Below the pieces are notes generated by a model. That model was not told the origin of the DNA, made no database searches, and saw nothing but the letters and a program-made list of their open reading frames with translations. The position numbers and the translations under genes are program-made. DNA of 59,785 nt from Patescibacteria group bacterium (GTDB taxonomy: Bacteria > Patescibacteriota > Minisyncoccia > UBA6257 > GWB1-50-10), in NCBI GenBank assembly GCA_038065455.1, contig JBBTQX010000004.1, positions 71,157 to 130,941 on the forward strand, given 5' to 3'. Position 1 is the first letter of the stretch. Each line of letters starts with the position of its first letter. Of this stretch, positions 41,229 to 49,686 are shown in pieces.

Positions 41229-44200
41229 ATGCTCAAGAAACTCGAAAAATTCTCCCTTCCGGAACTAGAAGAAAAGGTTCTGGAATTCTGGAAAACGAAC
41301 GATATTTTCGGAAAATCACTCGCCAAAAATGCGAAGAAGAAAAAATTCATCTTCTACGAGGGTCCGCCGACGGCGAACGGCCGGCCAGGCATCCATCATA
41401 TCCTTGCCCGTTCCTTCAAGGATATTATTCCGCGCTACAAAACGATGGCCGGATTTTCGGTGCCGCGCCGGGCCGGCTGGGATACGCACGGCTTGCCGGT
41501 GGAACTCGAAGTGGAAAAGAAGCTCGGCTTGAAATCCAAAAAAGAAATCGAGAAGTTCGGTATCGCGGAGTTCAATCAAAAATGCAAAGAATCCGTCTGG
41601 CAATACAAAGATGAGTGGGAAAAATTGACCGAGCGGATGGGTTTCTGGCTGGATCTCAAAAATCCTTATGTTACCTACGAAAATTCGTACATCGAATCGG
41701 TTTGGAGCATATTGAAGCGCGTTTGGGATAAAAAACTTCTGTATAAGGGCCATAAGGTGGTGCCCTGGTGCCCGCGTTGCGGCACGGGACTTTCCTCACA
41801 CGAGCTCGCTTTGGGATACAAAGAAACGACGGATACTTCGGTTTATGTGAGATTCAGATTAAAAATTAAACCAGAAGAAATTAAAGGAAGATTTAATAGT
41901 GAGGATATTTCAATATTGTCTTGGACTACTACACCTTGGACTCTGCCTGGAAATGTGGCTTTAGCCATTAATCCAAAATTGGAATATGTTGCTGTTTTTA
42001 CTAATCGATATGGTCCGCCAGCGCGATATTATATTTTGGAGAAAAATTCACTTGAAAGGCTTAAAAGTGAAATTCCAGATCTTGATTACACTCAAGTTCC
42101 ACAGAAAATAGAAAAGGAATTTCTTTTGAATAGATATTATGAGCCGCTTTTTGATGTTTCGCCGCTGGAATCAAAAGATTCATACAGAATATACCCAGCC
42201 GACTTCGTGACGACGACGGACGGTACGGGCGTAGTGCACACGGCCGTGATGTACGGCGAGGATGATTATAATCTCGGCAAAAAGATCGGCCTGCCTCAGC
42301 ATCATACCGTGGACGAGCAGGGGAAGTTCACGAAAGATGTGAAGGGTTTTGAGGGAATGCCCGTGAAGGCCAAAGAGACGGAAGATAAGATATTCGGACA
42401 CCTGAAGGATAAGGATTTTTTGCTTAAGACCGAACCCTACAAACACGAATATCCCTTCTGCTGGCGGTGTAATACTCCACTCATTTATTACGCCTGCGAC
42501 TCTTGGTTCATCGCGATGTCCAAACTCCGCCCGAAGCTTTTAGCGGCGAACAAAAAGATCAACTGGGTGCCCGGGAACATCAAAGACGGCCGTTTCGGCG
42601 AGTGGCTGAAGGAGGCGAAAGATTGGGCGATCTCCCGCGAACGCTATTGGGGCACGCCGCTTCCGATTTGGGTCTGCGACAAGTGCGGGCACGAAAAATT
42701 CATCGGCAGTATCGCGGAGTTGGAGAGTGGACGGAAAAAGAGCTCAAACCGCTATATCTTGGCGCGTCACGGCGAGGCGGAAAACAACGTGAAAAACATC
42801 ATTGACCACGTCGCCGAAAAATCCGTCTCCAATTTAACGCTCAAGGGACGTTCCCAAATAGAGAAGCTGGCGAAAAAGCTCTCAAGAGAGAAGATAGACG
42901 TCGTTTTTGCCTCGGATTTTCCGCGCACCAGGCAAACGGCCGAAATTTTAGCCTTGGCCTCGGGAATAAAGAAGGTCAATTTAGATAAGAGATTGAGGGA
43001 AGTCAATATGGGATTTTTGAACGGCCGCCAGGCGTATGAATATCACAGGCTTTTCCCGAATGATATGAAAAAATTCACAAGGGCTCCGGAGGGCGGCGAA
43101 ACCCTGAACGAACTCCGAAAACGCCTTTATGAATTCATAGAGGAGAAAGAAATGGAATTTTCCGGGAAGACGATCCTGGTCGTAAGCCACGAATATCCGA
43201 TATGGATCTTCGCGAGTGTCCTGGAGGGGTGGGGAAATCGGGAAGCAGTGGAGGAACATCACCGCCGCGGGGGAGAGTTCATAAGCAACAAGGGAGAAGT
43301 GCAGGAGTATCGTTTCCGTAATTTACCGAGGAATGAGAACGGCGAGATGGATGTCCACCGGCCTTATCTTGATGCCATCCAGTTACCTTGCGAGAAATGT
43401 GACGATAAGATGGAGCGCGTGAGGGAAGTAATAGATGTCTGGTTTGATTCTGGCGCCATGCCCTTCGCCCAGGCCCATTACCCCCTCAATAAAAAGATAG
43501 AATATCCGGCTGATTATATCTCCGAAGCAATGGACCAAACCCGGGGTTGGTTCTATACCCTGCTTGCCATAGGGGTTCTAATGGGCAAAGACAGCCCCTA
43601 CAAGAACGTTGTCTGTCTGGGGCTCATAATGGATAAAAATGGCCAGAAGATGTCCAAATCCAAGGGGAATATCGTAGACCCTTGGGAGGCCATGAGGAAG
43701 CACGGTGTGGACGCCATCCGCTGGTACTTCTACACGGTCAATCCGCCGGGCGAGCCGAAAAAATTCGACGAGTTCGAGATTACGAAAACTTCCCGCCAGC
43801 TTTTTTCGCTTCTCTATAATTCATTTCTGTTTTTTGAAACATATAGGGCTAAAAATTCGAAATCCAATCCGCCGGCCGGCGGACTAAATCCGAAATCATT
43901 CAGCGTGCTGGACCGTTGGATACTGAGCCGGTTGCACGAGACAATCGGCCTCGCGACCGAAAATTTGGACAAGTTCAATATCGGGGACGCGGGTCGGACA
44001 ATTGAAGATTTCGTCGGCGATCTTTCGCGCTGGTATATCAGGCGTTCCCGGCGCAGGTTTCAGAAACCTGAATCGTCAATCGAAGGGCAAAATGACCATG
44101 AGAATGCTTCGAATATTCTGGGCTACGCGCTTCTCGAGACAAGTAAACTTATCGCGCCTTTCGCGCCGTTCTTTGCCGAAGCGCTGTATAAATCTTTAAA

Positions 44201-44765
44201 TGCCGCGCTCTCGGTTCATTTGGAAGATTGGCCGAAGGCGGAAAATAAATATATCGATAAGAAACTTTCCTCGGCGATGGACGAAACGCGCAAGTTCGCG
44301 AGCGCGGTTCTGGCCAAACGGGCGGAAGCCGGCATAAAAGTAAGACAGCCCCTCGCAAAGCTTAAAATCCGAAATCCGAAATCCGAAATTTTGAACAACA
44401 GAGATTTAACAGAGATTTTGAAAGACGAAATAAACGTGAAAGATATAGTTCTTGATGCGGGCATCAAAGAAGATTTCGAATTGGATACGAATATCACGCA
44501 TGAACTCAAAGAGGAGGGGATTTTGCGGGAGCTCACGCGCGCGATTCAGGGCTTCCGGCAGGACGCGAAATTGAAGCCGCAGGATATTATCGGGCTTTTT
44601 CTGGACGGCCCGGAAGAATTAAAGATAATTGTTTCGAAATACGGAGAAACCCTTAAAAAGGACGTAAAAGCCGAGAGCATCGAATTGAAGCGTTCGTCCA
44701 AATTCGACGCGGAACTCGAAACAAAAGTGGATGAAATGCCGATTTGGATAGGAATAAAAAAATAA
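41229..44765 (+). CDS. ileS: isoleucine--tRNA ligase with an inserted histidine-phosphatase domain
   Basis: HIGH region (PGIHHILAR), CP1 editing domain (TTPWTLPGN), KMSKS, and zinc motifs CPRCG / CDKCG / CEKC. The ORF opens at 41190, but MLKKLEKFSLPELEE at 41229 matches IleRS N-termini. Confidence 0.95.
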   Translation: MLKKLEKFSLPELEEKVLEFWKTNDIFGKSLAKNAKKKKFIFYEGPPTANGRPGIHHILARSFKDIIPRYKTMAGFSVPRRAGWDTHGLPVELEVEKKLGLKSKKEIEKFGIAEFNQKCKESVWQYKDEWEKLTERMGFWLDLKNPYVTYENSYIESVWSILKRVWDKKLLYKGHKVVPWCPRCGTGLSSHELALGYKETTDTSVYVRFRLKIKPEEIKGRFNSEDISILSWTTTPWTLPGNVALAINPKLEYVAVFTNRYGPPARYYILEKNSLERLKSEIPDLDYTQVPQKIEKEFLLNRYYEPLFDVSPLESKDSYRIYPADFVTTTDGTGVVHTAVMYGEDDYNLGKKIGLPQHHTVDEQGKFTKDVKGFEGMPVKAKETEDKIFGHLKDKDFLLKTEPYKHEYPFCWRCNTPLIYYACDSWFIAMSKLRPKLLAANKKINWVPGNIKDGRFGEWLKEAKDWAISRERYWGTPLPIWVCDKCGHEKFIGSIAELESGRKKSSNRYILARHGEAENNVKNIIDHVAEKSVSNLTLKGRSQIEKLAKKLSREKIDVVFASDFPRTRQTAEILALASGIKKVNLDKRLREVNMGFLNGRQAYEYHRLFPNDMKKFTRAPEGGETLNELRKRLYEFIEEKEMEFSGKTILVVSHEYPIWIFASVLEGWGNREAVEEHHRRGGEFISNKGEVQEYRFRNLPRNENGEMDVHRPYLDAIQLPCEKCDDKMERVREVIDVWFDSGAMPFAQAHYPLNKKIEYPADYISEAMDQTRGWFYTLLAIGVLMGKDSPYKNVVCLGLIMDKNGQKMSKSKGNIVDPWEAMRKHGVDAIRWYFYTVNPPGEPKKFDEFEITKTSRQLFSLLYNSFLFFETYRAKNSKSNPPAGGLNPKSFSVLDRWILSRLHETIGLATENLDKFNIGDAGRTIEDFVGDLSRWYIRRSRRRFQKPESSIEGQNDHENASNILGYALLETSKLIAPFAPFFAEALYKSLNAALSVHLEDWPKAENKYIDKKLSSAMDETRKFASAVLAKRAEAGIKVRQPLAKLKIRNPKSEILNNRDLTEILKDEINVKDIVLDAGIKEDFELDTNITHELKEEGILRELTRAIQGFRQDAKLKPQDIIGLFLDGPEELKIIVSKYGETLKKDVKAESIELKRSSKFDAELETKVDEMPIWIGIKK
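42732..43343 (+). other. histidine phosphatase (PGM/cofactor-dependent mutase superfamily) domain inserted in IleRS
   Basis: About 204 aa lie between ..CDKCGHEKFIGSIAELESG and DVHRPYLD... The segment contains RHGEAENN (RHG at 42765-42773), DFPRTRQTAEIL and VVSHEYPI (His at 43188-43190). Confidence 0.8.
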
Positions 44766-44769
44766 AAAT

Positions 44770-45534
44770 ATGCCTCCTAAAAAATTCGAAATATTCAAAA
44801 CAGAACCAAATCATGAAGAAGAGCCGGCTAAAGTAGCGCAACAACGGATTCTTAAAATTATAAATGCCCAAATTATTGAGGCTCAAGTATCGAAGATTTC
44901 CCAAGGTCTCCATAATGAGCTTCATCGAGAGAAGAGAATGAATATTCTTGGAGAAATTTCCATGTATGAGGATGCTCGCGAAGATGTTTATTTAAGTTTC
45001 GGCATTCCGGACGATGAGGAACATTGTTATCTGATGCCGGGAAAGGAAGGGATTCAGCGCGCATACAGGGCTTTTGTCGTGTTTATTGACAGAAAAAAAA
45101 CCGATCCTAAATCAAAACTTCATGAAGCCTTTTACGGAGAAGGGCGCACGTCTCATAATCATTTGCTTCAAGCGGTTATTGATAAGGCAAATGAATATGG
45201 AATAAAAGATGCCAGTCTTGAATCATATATAGCCGAAACGGAAAAGAAGAGTTCTTCTGATTTCACATTTGCGGATCTTCCAAAAGATCCGGAGGCGACC
45301 CAGGGGCCTCGCTGGCTGTTCTTTAAGGGATTTTTGATTGCCAATGAAGATGAGATAAATCACCTCCCTTTGTTCGAACGCGAGAAGATAGAGGATTTAT
45401 TTGCGACTAGAAATAAGATGGAGGAGTATATTTCCGATGAATCGGGGGAGATCCCGACTGAAACACTTCGCTGGTTTCTTACCGGCTCGAATGTGCCATC
45501 CTCGCATCATCTTTCGGAAAATAACCCGACTTAA
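44770..45534 (+). CDS. hypothetical protein
   Basis: 254 aa, AT-richer than its flanks. I recognised no domain. Confidence 0.55.
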   Translation: MPPKKFEIFKTEPNHEEEPAKVAQQRILKIINAQIIEAQVSKISQGLHNELHREKRMNILGEISMYEDAREDVYLSFGIPDDEEHCYLMPGKEGIQRAYRAFVVFIDRKKTDPKSKLHEAFYGEGRTSHNHLLQAVIDKANEYGIKDASLESYIAETEKKSSSDFTFADLPKDPEATQGPRWLFFKGFLIANEDEINHLPLFEREKIEDLFATRNKMEEYISDESGEIPTETLRWFLTGSNVPSSHHLSENNPT

Positions 45535-45538
45535 AAAA

Positions 45539-46534
45539 TCAAAGGAGTCCGATTCTCTTTTTCACCTCCAAAAGTTTTTTTGAGGCCGCTACACCGGCTT
45601 TCTTGTTTCCTGCCAAAGTTATCTTACCTATAAGGCTCGTCTTTTTCGTTAACTCTCCCTTTCTTTTCTGGAAAGGCGCGAGAGTCTTTATGGCCGCTTC
45701 CGCCAAATCGCGCTTGAATTGGCCGTATCCTTTTCCGCGATACCTCTTTTCGATTGAGGCGCCGGTTTCATTCGTGAAAGCGGAATAAAGAAGGACGAGA
45801 TTTCCGATGCCTTCTTTGCCTTCCACATCGGCACTCACCTCCTTCCCTGAATCCGTAACCGCACCCATGATTTTTTTGCGGATGATGTCCGGTGAATCAT
45901 CGAGGAAAAGACAGCCGGCTGGCCGGGATTTGGACATCTTCTTTTTAGGATCGTCCAAACTCATCACTCTCGGATTGTCTGTGAGAATAGGCATAGGTTC
46001 GATGAAGGTCTTCCCGAATTTGTGGTTGAATTTCCGAACGAGCGTGCGGGCGAATTCCAGATGCTGAAGCTGGTCATCGCCCACCGGAACGAAATTAGCG
46101 CCATAAAGGATAATGTCCGCGGCCATCAGGACGGGATAGTCGAAAAGGCCGAGATTCACGTTTTCCGGAGAATGTTCCGATTTATCTTTAAATTGTGTCA
46201 TTCTTTGGAGTTCTCCTATTGAGGTCAAGGTATTCAAAATCCAACCCAATTCAGTGTGGGCCGGTATGGCGGACTGGACGAAGATGACGGATTTTTTCGG
46301 ATCCAGGCCGGCGGCAATATAATCGACGAGCAATTCCATTATCTGTTTCAGCTTTTCTTTAGGATTGTTCCGCCCACTGGCGGATTCCGTAAGGGAGTGC
46401 AAATCCGCCACGAAGAAGAAGCATTGGTACTTGCCGGAGTTCTGGAGCGCCACGAAGTTCTGGAGGGCTCCCAGGTAATTCCCGATATGCAGTTTTCCCG
46501 TCGGCTGAATGCCGGACACAAGGATTGGTTTCAT
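45539..46534 (-). CDS. trpS: tryptophan--tRNA ligase
   Basis: MKPILVSGIQPTGKLHIGNYLG (HIGH motif) and KMSKS. The ORF-track start at 46570 reads through the repeat arm. Confidence 0.93.
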   Translation of the reverse strand: MKPILVSGIQPTGKLHIGNYLGALQNFVALQNSGKYQCFFFVADLHSLTESASGRNNPKEKLKQIMELLVDYIAAGLDPKKSVIFVQSAIPAHTELGWILNTLTSIGELQRMTQFKDKSEHSPENVNLGLFDYPVLMAADIILYGANFVPVGDDQLQHLEFARTLVRKFNHKFGKTFIEPMPILTDNPRVMSLDDPKKKMSKSRPAGCLFLDDSPDIIRKKIMGAVTDSGKEVSADVEGKEGIGNLVLLYSAFTNETGASIEKRYRGKGYGQFKRDLAEAAIKTLAPFQKRKGELTKKTSLIGKITLAGNKKAGVAASKKLLEVKKRIGLL

Positions 46535-46655
46535 CCCGTTAGAAATAGTGCGCATGCGCATAAGAAGCAAAACATGCGTTATTTTTACTGACCTTTATTG
46601 CAGATTGATTATTCATGGTTATTTATATTGATTTGCGCACGCGATTTCTAACGGG
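46535..46655 (-). repeat. inverted-repeat leader element, copy D (abuts the trpS ATG)
   Basis: Coding strand: CCCGTTAGAAATCGCGTGCGCA ... TGCGCACTATTTCTAACGGG followed directly by ATG. Length 121 nt. Confidence 0.85.
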
Positions 46656-46678
46656 ATTCATATGGATTTAGTATAAAT

Positions 46679-46710
46679 GAAAAACCCACCTTTTTAAAAG
46701 GTGGGTTTTT
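46679..46710 (-). terminator. bidirectional rho-independent terminator after the RNase J gene
   Basis: AAAAACCCACC-tttttaaaa-GGTGGGTTTTT. Confidence 0.7.
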
Positions 46711-46713
46711 CTC

Positions 46714-48528
46714 TTAGACCTCAATAATAACCGGCAGGATCATCGGCCTCCGTTTCGTCTTCGTGAAGAGAAATTGGCCGACTTGGTCGCGGATGAGCGC
46801 TTTGATGTAGTCGCCGTCCACCGCTTGTTGGTCGTGAGGGAGTCGGCCGATGATGCCGCGCACTTTGCGCCGAATTTCGTCCAATAGACTTTGATTCTCT
46901 TTGAGATAAATGAAGCCGCGGGAGATGATGTCGGGATTCTTGAGAACCCGGCCCGTTTTTCTGTCCATGGTCGTGATGACCACAAACATCCCTTCTTGAG
47001 CGAGCGCCAAGCGGTCGCGCAGAACCACCTCGCCCACGTCGCCCACTCCCAAGCCGTCCACCATCACATAGGAAGAATTAACTTTTTCCTGGGCTACGGT
47101 CACCTTGTCTTCCGAAAAAAGCGCCATATCGCCATTGTCCAGAATTACCACCCTTTCCCGCGGGATACCGACTTCCTGGGCGATTTTCACGAGATTTTTT
47201 CTCATAAAATAATAGCCATGGACCGGAAAGACGAATTTGGGTTTCACGAGTTCCATCACGAGCTTCAAATCTTCGTGTTGGGCGTGGCCGCTCGCGTGGA
47301 TGTCCAGAAGTTTCGTGTTGTAAACTTCGTCCACTTGGCGGGCGACATTGTCCTGGAGGAATTGAATGCTCCGTTCGTTCCCCGGAATAACGGAAGAAGA
47401 GAAGACGACGGTGTCCGTCGGCTTCAGGCGCACGATGCGATGCTCGCCGTTCACGATGCGCATCAGTCCCGCATTCGCTTCGCCCTGCGCGCCGGTCGTG
47501 AGAATCAAAACTTTGTCGTCTTTATGCTTGTTTACTTCTTCGAGCGGAATTATCGAGCCGGCTTTGGGCTTGAAATATCCGAGCTCTTGGGCAATGGCCA
47601 TATTGTCTTTCATTGAACGGCCGTTCAAAGCCACTTTACGCCCGTACTTTTCGGCGATTCTCACGATTTCAAAAACGCGGGTCATAAGCGAGGCGAAAGT
47701 CGCGAGAATAATGCGATGCTTGGCACTTGCGATAAGCTTGTCCAAATTATCTTCCACCATCATTTCCGAAAAGGAGAAGCCGGGCCGGAGCGAATTGGTG
47801 CAATCCAAAAAGATGCTGTGAATGTTGCGTTTGCCGAGATTTTCGTAAACTTCGGTGTCGAGCGGCTTGCCGTTCTTGTCGATGCGCAGGCGGAAATCGC
47901 CCAAGTGGGCCATATTGCCGGCCGGAGTCTTCAAGAGAAAACCCAAAGCGTCCGGAATGGTATGATCCACATTGAAAAATTCGGCTTCGAAATGTTCGCT
48001 CAAAACGCGCTTATCGCCGTGCTTCACGACATCAAAGCGCAGTTTGGGGGCGTTTATGAATTCCAAATGTCTTTTTTCCACCACTGCTTTAGTGAAATCG
48101 GCGGTATAGATAAGCGGATTCGCGATTTTGCCGACAACATAGTGGATAGCCGCGATATGGTCGTAGTGGCCGTGGGTGAGCAATATCGCTTTGATTTTGT
48201 CCTTATTCTTTTCCAAATACTCGATATTCGGAATGATGTAATCCACGCCCGGCGTGGTTTCTTCCGGGAATTGAATGCCGACGTCCACGATGATTATCTC
48301 GTCCTTATATTCGAAGAAGGAGCAATTGCGGCCCACTTCCTCGAGTCCGCCCAGCGGCACGAAGCGCACCGAGTCGTGGTCTTTAATGGCGGCTTCGGCC
48401 GCGCTCATGCCCGGGCGTACTATCTGGATTTGGGGCATGGTTGTTCGGCTGGATGATTTGCGCCGAATCCCGCTCGATCTTGAGTTGTCTCTATAGGAAG
48501 ATTTTCCCGTTCTTGTCTGTTTTAACAT
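46714..48528 (-). CDS. rnj: ribonuclease J
   Basis: 604 aa, MBL plus beta-CASP, with THGHYDH and an R/S-rich N-terminal extension of about 30 aa. Confidence 0.92.
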   Translation of the reverse strand: MLKQTRTGKSSYRDNSRSSGIRRKSSSRTTMPQIQIVRPGMSAAEAAIKDHDSVRFVPLGGLEEVGRNCSFFEYKDEIIIVDVGIQFPEETTPGVDYIIPNIEYLEKNKDKIKAILLTHGHYDHIAAIHYVVGKIANPLIYTADFTKAVVEKRHLEFINAPKLRFDVVKHGDKRVLSEHFEAEFFNVDHTIPDALGFLLKTPAGNMAHLGDFRLRIDKNGKPLDTEVYENLGKRNIHSIFLDCTNSLRPGFSFSEMMVEDNLDKLIASAKHRIILATFASLMTRVFEIVRIAEKYGRKVALNGRSMKDNMAIAQELGYFKPKAGSIIPLEEVNKHKDDKVLILTTGAQGEANAGLMRIVNGEHRIVRLKPTDTVVFSSSVIPGNERSIQFLQDNVARQVDEVYNTKLLDIHASGHAQHEDLKLVMELVKPKFVFPVHGYYFMRKNLVKIAQEVGIPRERVVILDNGDMALFSEDKVTVAQEKVNSSYVMVDGLGVGDVGEVVLRDRLALAQEGMFVVITTMDRKTGRVLKNPDIISRGFIYLKENQSLLDEIRRKVRGIIGRLPHDQQAVDGDYIKALIRDQVGQFLFTKTKRRPMILPVIIEV

Positions 48529-48573
48529 ATGCTTATATTTTTATTTTTCGACTTTTTTATTAAATATTTACTC

Positions 48574-48660
48574 TGGTGGGGACGGGGAGAGTCGAACTCC
48601 CAATCTCTTGCGAGAACTAGCTCCTGAAGCTAGCGCGTCTGCCAATTCCGCCACGTCCCC
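48574..48660 (-). tRNA. tRNA-Leu (anticodon CAG), CCA encoded
   Basis: The minus strand reads GGGGACG..CTAGC-TTCAGGA-GCTAG, a long variable arm, then GGGAG-TTCGACT-CTCCC-CGTCCCC-ACCA. Confidence 0.9.
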
Positions 48661-48690
48661 TCGATATGTCTGCCATCCGCCCCAATCCTT

Positions 48691-49680
48691 CTATTTCTTC
48701 AGTCTGTCTATTATTTTTGTTTTTCTGGGGTCCACCTTGTTCAGTTTAGCTAGATACAAACTTACCCAATGGGAGAGAACGATACTGTTCCAGGTCTTTT
48801 CCTGTAAATTTCGTCCCTCAATAGGCACCTCGAAACTTTTCGCCCTATTCCCGATTATTTTTGAAATTATTTTAATTTTCTCGTTCAGGACGGCGGACGA
48901 TTTCTCCTTAAGCCAAAAAATCGCCCACGCGCCTTTCGCTTTCTCAAATCCGGCAATCTCGTTGTGATTCAACTCGGGATAAATATTGGTAAAAGCGGGA
49001 ATCTTCGCCGTCTCGTTGAGGTTGGTTTTCCAGATGTAACCCAGATGTGCAAACGAATGATCAGTGTAAATTAAAATGTTCCGATCTTTTGCCTTTCGGG
49101 CCAACTGTTCGCCGAAACCCTTCAAATGAAGAGGTTCAAATCCTTTAAGAGGAGAGGTTTTTATAAGCGGAAATACCGCTTTCAAAACCTTTACGATTCC
49201 ATGGACCATTATACCCGATGCTTCTCTCGGAGTCAACCCCCACACCTGATCGCCAGGTGTGGGGGTCAAGTCTCCAGCTCGGAAGGTTACGAGAGGGAGC
49301 CCGCGCTTATCGGCAAACGATTTCAATTTGCCTCCCGAAGTCACAACCGCTACGCCGGATTTGCTCTTTAGAGCCAAGGCTTGTTTGAGGCAGGCAAGTG
49401 TTTCCGCCGTTTTTCCGGAGAAGGATACGGCGATAAAGAAAGGATTTTTGAGATAAAGCCGGGGAATTTTTTTATCCTTCACGATTACGATCGGTACCAG
49501 GAGCCCCAGTTCTTCCGAAAAACTTTTGATAATCATCCCCGGAATTCCCGAACCGCCCATGCCGCAGATAACGATGCCATCCGGCTTGGTTTTAGCCGGT
49601 TTTTTGAGCCGGAAATCGGCGAGGTTTTTGAACGAAAGTTGTTTGCCGAACTCCGCCAAGTTTTTTTCGTAGGAAACCAT
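48691..49680 (-). CDS. bifunctional phosphoglucose/phosphomannose isomerase (SIS domain)
   Basis: 329 aa with CGMGGSGIPG and SFSGKTAET SIS motifs and a C-terminal PGI/PMI-type domain. Confidence 0.78.
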   Translation of the reverse strand: MVSYEKNLAEFGKQLSFKNLADFRLKKPAKTKPDGIVICGMGGSGIPGMIIKSFSEELGLLVPIVIVKDKKIPRLYLKNPFFIAVSFSGKTAETLACLKQALALKSKSGVAVVTSGGKLKSFADKRGLPLVTFRAGDLTPTPGDQVWGLTPREASGIMVHGIVKVLKAVFPLIKTSPLKGFEPLHLKGFGEQLARKAKDRNILIYTDHSFAHLGYIWKTNLNETAKIPAFTNIYPELNHNEIAGFEKAKGAWAIFWLKEKSSAVLNEKIKIISKIIGNRAKSFEVPIEGRNLQEKTWNSIVLSHWVSLYLAKLNKVDPRKTKIIDRLKK

Positions 49681-49686
49681 CTTTTC

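Noticed and set aside
46535-46655. Upstream ORFs (uORFs) or leader peptides inside elements C, D and E (for example MNNQSAIKVSKNNACFASYAHAHYF in D and MNYSNYNQVESAKLIEVSRMRFLSASGL in E)
   Set aside because: The shared nucleotide blocks fall in different reading frames in different copies, and copy B has no equivalent ORF. Conservation is therefore at the nucleotide level, not the peptide level.
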